A stretch of 64,000 nucleotides of DNA, taken from the NCBI GenBank assembly GCA_965219685.1, contig CBDCOH010000002.1:1152001-1216000 (forward strand), given 5' to 3'. The stretch comes from Candidatus Spongiisociaceae bacterium. GTDB taxonomy: Bacteria; Actinomycetota; Acidimicrobiia; Spongiisociales; Spongiisociaceae. Position 1 is the first letter of the stretch; every line of letters begins with the position of its first letter. Under the pieces are notes generated by a model. The model was not told the origin of the DNA. It did no database searches and saw nothing but the letters and a program-made list of their open reading frames with translations. The translations under genes and the position numbers were made by a program. This document shows positions 58,215 through 64,000 of the stretch, piece by piece.

Positions 58215-58495
58215 TTAGGTGCTAGGTGTTGGGTGTCAGGTGTTAGTAGCGGCTTGGCCGTGTGCCGTGTTGGTTCGGTGCGCTCTGCAGGTGTGGGTTG
58301 CCTGACTGCCCCGCCTTGGGTGCCGCTGGTCATGTGGCAGGCGGTCCGTCATCCTTGGTCGGGCATCCTTGGTGCTTTCAAGGGCACTCGATAACGACAG
58401 AGGCCCGTAATGACGACGGGCTCGCGTGGTCAGGTCCGCCCTTCACGATCCACCACTCACCATCCACCAATCACCAATCCCCATCCACCAACTAC
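58215..58495. repeat. Degenerate facing heptamer arrays (TAGGTGC-like at ~58215-58250; CACCATC-like at ~58443-58495)
   Basis: taggtgctaggtgttgggtgtcaggtgt and cacgatccaccactcaccatccaccaatcaccaatccccatccaccaac. Confidence 0.65.
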
Positions 58496-61128
58496 TCCGG
58501 CAACGAGTCCAACTGCTCGGCGAGCGCTTCCAGGGAATCGCGGGCCTCGGCGGCCTTCGCCTCTTCCTTGGCGACGATCTCGGCGGGGGCTCGCTCCCTG
58601 AAGGAGGGGTTCGAGAGCTTCCGCTCGGCCCTCTGCAGGGCCGACTCGACCTTCTCAACGCGGCCGGTGAGGCGGATCCGTTCCGCTTCGACGTCCACCA
58701 GGCCGGCCACGGGTATGTAGGCGTGTACGGCCCCGGCAACCACCCTCATGTGACCCCCGCCGCGGGGAGGTTCTCCGAGCGTGGGGGTGCTCGACGCGAG
58801 GGCCATCAGCTGGGGTTCCCACCAGTCCTCCCAGACACCGCCCTGGTCGTGAATGACGGGGGTGAGGTCACGGCGGGCGCCGAGACCGTGGGAGGCACGG
58901 AAGCGGCGGAGCCCCGAGACCAGTTCCTGAAGGTTGTCCATCCCCGGCGGCGCCGCGTAATGCGGGACCGCGGGCCAGGATGAGGTGATCAGAAGGGTGT
59001 CCCCCACCAGGTGGCTGTGGAGTTCCTCCGTGAGGAACGGAATCGCCGGATGGAAGAGCTTGAGCAGGTCGCGGAGCACCACGCCCAGTGTCCGGCGAGC
59101 GGCCCGAGCGTCGGATCCGCTATCTCCGAGCGTCGGCTTGGACATCTCGAGATACCAGTCGAACACCTCGGACCAGACGAACGAGTACAGCTTCGAGTAC
59201 GCGTCGGACAGGCGGTGGCGATTGAGGAGGGCATCGGTCTCGGCCGCGACCTCGCCGAGCCGGGCGAGGACCCACCGATCGACGGGTCCGGGCGCCTGCG
59301 GATAGCCGCCGGTCGCGGGGACACTCCCGCGCTCGATGTGGATGAGGGCAAACTTGACGGCGTTCCAGAGCTTGTTGCCGAAACGCCGCGCGGCGTCCAC
59401 CCATCTGACGTCGAAGGGGACGTCATGGCCGGGAGAAGCCGACTGCAGAAGGCTGAGACGCAAGGCGTCGGCGCCGTAGGAGTCGATCATCTCCATGGGG
59501 TCGACGATATTGTTGAGCGACTTCGACATCTTGCGACCGTCTGACGCCCGAACCAGTCCATGGATCACGATCTCCCGGAAGGGCACGTCGCCCACGAACT
59601 CGAGGCCCATCTTCAGCATGCGGGCCACCCAGAAGAAGATGATGTCGTAGCCCGTCACGAGCACGTCGGTCGGGTAGAAGCGGGCGAGGTCCGGGGAGTC
59701 GCCGGGCCACCCGAGCGTCGAGAAGGGCCATAGAGCGGAACTGAACCAGGTGTCGAGCACGTCCTCGTCGGCGCGTAAGTCCTCCGAACCGCACTCGGTG
59801 CAGCCCTGGGGCCGCTCCCTGGCCACCATCACGGCGCCGTCGAGGTCGCAGTACCAGGCGGGAATCCGATGACCCCACCAGAGTTGGCGGCTGATGCACC
59901 AGTCCTGCAGGTTCTCCATCCAGTGGAAGTAGTTCTTCTCCCAGCGCTTGGGGACGAAACGGCACTCGTCGCTGCGGACCGCATCCACAGCCGGACCGAT
60001 CAACTCGCCCACCCTGACGAACCACTGGCGCGACAGGAGGGGTTCGACGACGGCCCCGCTCCGCGAGCAGTGCCCGACCGTGTGGAGGTGCTTGTCGATC
60101 CGCTCCAGGTAGCCGCCCTGCCGGAGCGCTTCGACGACCTTCTCCCTGGCTTCGAACCGGTCCAGGCCGGCGAACCGCCCGGCGGCTTCGGTCATGCTGC
60201 CGGCGGGGCCGATCACCTCGACCGGCGGGAGTCCGGCTCTCATGGCGATCTCGAAGTCGAGCGGGTCGTGGGCGGGGGTTACCTTGACGGCTCCTGTACC
60301 GAAGGTCGGATCCACGGCCTCATCCGCCACGATCGGGATGTGGCGATCCATGAGAGGCAGCCGAACGCTCCGACCGACGAGGTGCCGGTAGCGCTCGTCG
60401 TGGGGGTGGACCGCCACCCCCGTGTCCCCCAGCATCGTCTCGGCACGGGTGGTGGCCACCGTTATGCCGTCGCGGGCGTCGGGGTCGGGGCTCGAGAAGG
60501 GATAGGTGATGTGAACCATCTGGCCTTCCACCTCCTCGTACTCGACCTCGATGTCGGAAATGGCTGTCATGAGTCCGGGCGACCAGTTGATGATCCGGTG
60601 GCCCCGGTAGATGAGGCCCTTCTCGTATAGAGCCACGAACACCTCGCGGACCGCGGCCGACAGGCCCTCGTCGAGGGTGAACCGTTCCCTGGTCCAATCG
60701 CATGAGTCTCCGAGGGCCCGCATCTGCTGGGTGATCGCGCCGCCGGAGCGGCGTTTCCACTGCCAGACCTGTTCGACGAACCCGGCCCGTCCCAGTTGGT
60801 GCCGGGTGAGCCCCTCGTCGGCCAGTTCGCGCTCCACGACCATCTGGGTGGCTATCCCGGCGTGGTCGGTCCCGGGCAGCCACAGCGCCGCGTATCCCTG
60901 CATGCGCTTGCGCCGGATGATTGCGTCCTGGATGGAGTGGTCGAGCGCATGTCCGATGTGCAACACCCCGGTCACGTTGGGAGGTGGGATCACGATGGCG
61001 AACGGCTCGCCGTCCGGGTTGACGTCCGGTTTGAAGGCGCCGGACCTCTCCCAGACCGGGTACCAGCGTGCCTCGACGAGCGCCGGGTCGTAACTTCCTG
61101 CGAGTGGACCGGTGGGGGCGGTCTCCAT
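58492..61128 (-). CDS. valS: Valine--tRNA ligase
   Basis: PPPNVTGVLHIGHA, DHAGIATQ, GTGAVKVTPAHD, WCISRQLWWGH, KMSKS. Confidence 0.97.
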   Translation of the reverse strand: METAPTGPLAGSYDPALVEARWYPVWERSGAFKPDVNPDGEPFAIVIPPPNVTGVLHIGHALDHSIQDAIIRRKRMQGYAALWLPGTDHAGIATQMVVERELADEGLTRHQLGRAGFVEQVWQWKRRSGGAITQQMRALGDSCDWTRERFTLDEGLSAAVREVFVALYEKGLIYRGHRIINWSPGLMTAISDIEVEYEEVEGQMVHITYPFSSPDPDARDGITVATTRAETMLGDTGVAVHPHDERYRHLVGRSVRLPLMDRHIPIVADEAVDPTFGTGAVKVTPAHDPLDFEIAMRAGLPPVEVIGPAGSMTEAAGRFAGLDRFEAREKVVEALRQGGYLERIDKHLHTVGHCSRSGAVVEPLLSRQWFVRVGELIGPAVDAVRSDECRFVPKRWEKNYFHWMENLQDWCISRQLWWGHRIPAWYCDLDGAVMVARERPQGCTECGSEDLRADEDVLDTWFSSALWPFSTLGWPGDSPDLARFYPTDVLVTGYDIIFFWVARMLKMGLEFVGDVPFREIVIHGLVRASDGRKMSKSLNNIVDPMEMIDSYGADALRLSLLQSASPGHDVPFDVRWVDAARRFGNKLWNAVKFALIHIERGSVPATGGYPQAPGPVDRWVLARLGEVAAETDALLNRHRLSDAYSKLYSFVWSEVFDWYLEMSKPTLGDSGSDARAARRTLGVVLRDLLKLFHPAIPFLTEELHSHLVGDTLLITSSWPAVPHYAAPPGMDNLQELVSGLRRFRASHGLGARRDLTPVIHDQGGVWEDWWEPQLMALASSTPTLGEPPRGGGHMRVVAGAVHAYIPVAGLVDVEAERIRLTGRVEKVESALQRAERKLSNPSFRERAPAEIVAKEEAKAAEARDSLEALAEQLDSLPE

Positions 61129-61169
61129 TTCGGCTCGTGCCAGATCCGGTTCAGGGCGAGAACCGGCCG

Positions 61170-62438
61170 CTAGGCGCTCCTCTCACGACGTTTCTCCACC
61201 TCTCGCAGTGGGAGCAGGTTCGGATTGACCTTCTCCTCCACGACTCGCCGGTCGACGACCACCCGCACGACTTCGGGGCGGGACGGGAGTTCGTACATGG
61301 TGTCGAGCAGGACTTCCTCCAGGATGGCTCTCAGCCCCCGCGCTCCGGTGCCGCGGAGCATCGCCTGGTCGGCGATCGCCTCGATCGCGTCGGGCTCGAA
61401 CACCAACTCGACCTCGTCGAGTTCGAGGATCCTCGCGTACTGCTTGACGAGCGCGTTGCGAGGTTCCTGCAGTATGCGGATCAGGGCTTCGCGATCCAGC
61501 GAGTCGACCGTGGCCACCATCGGGAGCCGGCCGATGAACTCCGGAATGAGCCCGTACTTGATCAGGTCGTCCGGCAGGACCTCCGCCAGCAGATCGTCCT
61601 TGGGGCGTTCGGTTCGTGCTCGGATATCGGCGCCGAATCCGACGATACGGTTGCCCACGCGGCGCCCGATCACCTTCTCGAGGCCCGCGAACGCTCCCCC
61701 ACAGATGAACAGCACGTCGGTCGTGTCGATCTGGATGAACTCCTGGTGAGGGTGCTTTCGACCTCCCTGCGGGGGCACCGAGGCAACGGTCCCCTCAAGG
61801 ATCTTGAGCAAGGCCTGCTGGACTCCCTCACCGGACACGTCACGGGTGATGGAAGGGTTCTCGGCCTTGCGGGCGATCTTGTCTATCTCATCTATGTAGA
61901 CGATGCCCTGCTCGGCGCGCTTGACGTCGTAGTCGGCCGCCTGGATGAGCTTCAGCAGGATGTTCTCCACGTCCTCGCCGACGTATCCCGCTTCCGTGAG
62001 GGCGGTGGCGTCGGCGATCGCGAACGGAACGTTGAGCATGCGGGCCAGTGTCTGCGCGAGGAGCGTCTTACCGCAGCCGGTGGGGCCGATCAGCAGGATG
62101 TTCGACTTGGAGAGTTCCACGTCGTCCTTGCGCGGGGAGGCGGCCCGGACCCGCTTGTAGTGGTTGTAGACCGCCACCGCCAGGGCCTTCTTGGCCCGGT
62201 CCTGGCCGATCACGTAGTCGTCGAGGAAGTCGAACACATCGGCCGGCTTCGGCAGTTCCTTGACCCGCTCGGTGTGGGTGCCGGCGAACTCGTCGTCGAG
62301 GATCTCGGTGCACAGGAGGACGCACTCGTCGCATATGTAGACGCCGGGGCCGGCGATGAGCTTCTTGACCTGCTTCTGGGAGTGGCCGCAGAAGCTGCAC
62401 TTGAGGAGTTCGCTCCCCTCGCCGTACTTGATGGCCAC
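61170..62438 (-). CDS. clpX: ATP-dependent Clp protease ATP-binding subunit ClpX
   Basis: CSFCG zinc finger, [29 protein letters not shown]. Confidence 0.98.
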   Translation of the reverse strand: MAIKYGEGSELLKCSFCGHSQKQVKKLIAGPGVYICDECVLLCTEILDDEFAGTHTERVKELPKPADVFDFLDDYVIGQDRAKKALAVAVYNHYKRVRAASPRKDDVELSKSNILLIGPTGCGKTLLAQTLARMLNVPFAIADATALTEAGYVGEDVENILLKLIQAADYDVKRAEQGIVYIDEIDKIARKAENPSITRDVSGEGVQQALLKILEGTVASVPPQGGRKHPHQEFIQIDTTDVLFICGGAFAGLEKVIGRRVGNRIVGFGADIRARTERPKDDLLAEVLPDDLIKYGLIPEFIGRLPMVATVDSLDREALIRILQEPRNALVKQYARILELDEVELVFEPDAIEAIADQAMLRGTGARGLRAILEEVLLDTMYELPSRPEVVRVVVDRRVVEEKVNPNLLPLREVEKRRERSA

Positions 62439-62441
62439 GGC

Positions 62442-63104
62442 CTATATCCCCCCCGGCACCGCGGCCAATTCCCTGCGGCTGAGGACATCGTCGACGATCC
62501 CGTACTCGACCGCTTCATCGGCCAGCATCCAGAAGTCGCGGTCGGTGTCGCTCGCCACCTTCTCGTACCCCTGGCCGGTGTGGCGGGCGAGGATCTGGTT
62601 GAGTTGCTCGCGCATCTGGACGATGAGCCGAGCCTGGATCTCGATATCGGCGGCCTGGCCTCTGGCGCCGCCGTGAGGCTGGTGGAGCATGATGCGGGCA
62701 TGGGGCAGGGCGAAGCGTTTCCCCTTGGTGCCGCCGGCCAGGATCACGGCGGCTGCCGATGCCGCCATCCCCATGCACACCGTGCTGACGTCGGGCTTGA
62801 TGTACTGGATGGTGTCGTAGATGGCGAAGAGGCTGGTGATCTCGCCGCCCGGTGAGTTGATGTAGAGGTTCACGTCACGGTCGGGATCCTCGGACTCCAG
62901 ATGGAGGAGTTGGGCCATCACCAGATTCGCCACCGCGTCGTCGATGGCGGTCCCCAGGAAGATGATCCGGTCCTTGAGGAGGCGGGAGTAGATGTCGAAG
63001 GCCCTCTCGCCCCTGCTGGTCGACTCCACGACCGTCGGGACGAGATAGTTGCTGGGAGGGAGACCGCCGGCGGTGGTCGACTCGGGTGATGGTATGGCGG
63101 TCAC
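62442..63104 (-). CDS. clpP: ATP-dependent Clp protease proteolytic subunit
   Basis: [34 protein letters not shown]. Confidence 0.97.
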   Translation of the reverse strand: MTAIPSPESTTAGGLPPSNYLVPTVVESTSRGERAFDIYSRLLKDRIIFLGTAIDDAVANLVMAQLLHLESEDPDRDVNLYINSPGGEITSLFAIYDTIQYIKPDVSTVCMGMAASAAAVILAGGTKGKRFALPHARIMLHQPHGGARGQAADIEIQARLIVQMREQLNQILARHTGQGYEKVASDTDRDFWMLADEAVEYGIVDDVLSRRELAAVPGGI

Positions 63105-64000
63105 TGGTCTCCTTGCTCGGTCTCGGCTTCCACGACATCGGTCCCGTCAGGGTCCTCGTACCGGAGGTCCACCACGTTCCCGTCGCGGTCGGTTGCTACG
63201 GCGCCGCGCATCAACGTTGCCAGCGCCTTAGAGCGGAGGATATCACCCATCAGGTTCATTTCCTGCACACTCCCTGCCAGCCGCTCGGCGAGTTCGTCGG
63301 CGGTCTCCCCGAGTTCGGACCCAGCCCGCTCGTACGCCTCGCGAAGTTCTGTGTCCTCGACCTCGAGACCGGCGTCCGCAGCTATGGAGTCGAGCAGTAC
63401 CTGACTGCGGATCCGGCCGGTGGCCTGCTCCCGGAGCCGGTCGGCGAGGGTCTCACGATCCTCCTGGGCGGCTTCGAGGTACTCGTCGACGGACATCCCC
63501 CCGTCCTGCAGCCTGGAGTGAAACCGCTCGTACATCCGGGCGGCCGTGGCGTCCCTGACCGCGCCCGGGATGTCAACTTCGATCTCATCCATGAGTTCGG
63601 CCATCACGATGTTCTCGAACCTGGTGCGCAGCACGTTGAGCCGGGTGTCCTCGAGACGCTGGGCGATGTCGTCGCTCAACTCCTCGACGGTGTCGAACTC
63701 TGTGAAGTCGGATGCCCACTCGTCGTCGAGGTCGGGAAGTCGCTTCTCCTTGACCTCCTTGACCAGTACGCGGGCTTCGATCTCCGTGCCGGCTGCAAGT
63801 CCTCCGGCCTCGAAACGCAACCTGGTGTCGAACTGGACGATGTCGCCCGCGGAGGCGCCCACCAGCCGGTCACCGAGGTCCTCGAGGAGGACATCGGACC
63901 CGACCTCGTATAGGAAGTCGGAGACGGACACGGCTTCGAGCGGACGGCCGCCGTAGGAGGAGTGCAGGTCGATGGCCACGTAGTCGCCGCCCGACGCGGC
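63101..64000 (-). CDS. tig: Trigger factor (C-terminal part; start outside window)
   Basis: [24 protein letters not shown]; lies upstream of clpP-clpX. Confidence 0.9.
   Translation of the reverse strand, partial: AASGGDYVAIDLHSSYGGRPLEAVSVSDFLYEVGSDVLLEDLGDRLVGASAGDIVQFDTRLRFEAGGLAAGTEIEARVLVKEVKEKRLPDLDDEWASDFTEFDTVEELSDDIAQRLEDTRLNVLRTRFENIVMAELMDEIEVDIPGAVRDATAARMYERFHSRLQDGGMSVDEYLEAAQEDRETLADRLREQATGRIRSQVLLDSIAADAGLEVEDTELREAYERAGSELGETADELAERLAGSVQEMNLMGDILRSKALATLMRGAVATDRDGNVVDLRYEDPDGTDVVEAETEQGDQ

Noticed and set aside
58255-58410. T-box or other leader RNA between valS and folC
   Set aside because: It lies downstream of valS and lacks a recognisable T-box motif; only a short CATCCTTGGT duplication

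Overview
High-GC actinobacterial DNA. Gene order and SLH-domain cargo suggest Acidimicrobiia (inference). Most of the window is a conserved minus-strand housekeeping backbone: tig-clpP-clpX-valS-folC-ndk-mreBCD-mrdA-rodA-rne-rplU-rpmA-obgE-proB, nadD-rsfS-tRNA-Ala, leuS, comEA-comEC-holA, hrcA-dnaJ-phoH-HD-ybeY-CBS-era-recO-uppS-glyS-dnaG-rpoD-tRNA-Asn, pyk and a xanthine-dehydrogenase-like cluster. Two accessory features stand out. (1) An intact IS110-family element at 38929-40410: its left non-coding end can be read by eye as a bridge RNA, with four guide segments matching its own target and donor junctions, including handshake-type dinucleotides. Its recombinase has an extra C-terminal HTH, and it sits inside a ~300-bp dispersed repeat whose empty homologue lies at ~56395-56710. 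(2) A ~3.5-kb decayed island at the 3' end of tRNA-Asn, with an att duplication, a broken P4-like integrase and an SLH/beta-propeller cargo gene. Heptamer tandem repeats recur at many gene ends. All calls are by eye, with no database searches; several start codons are my estimates.
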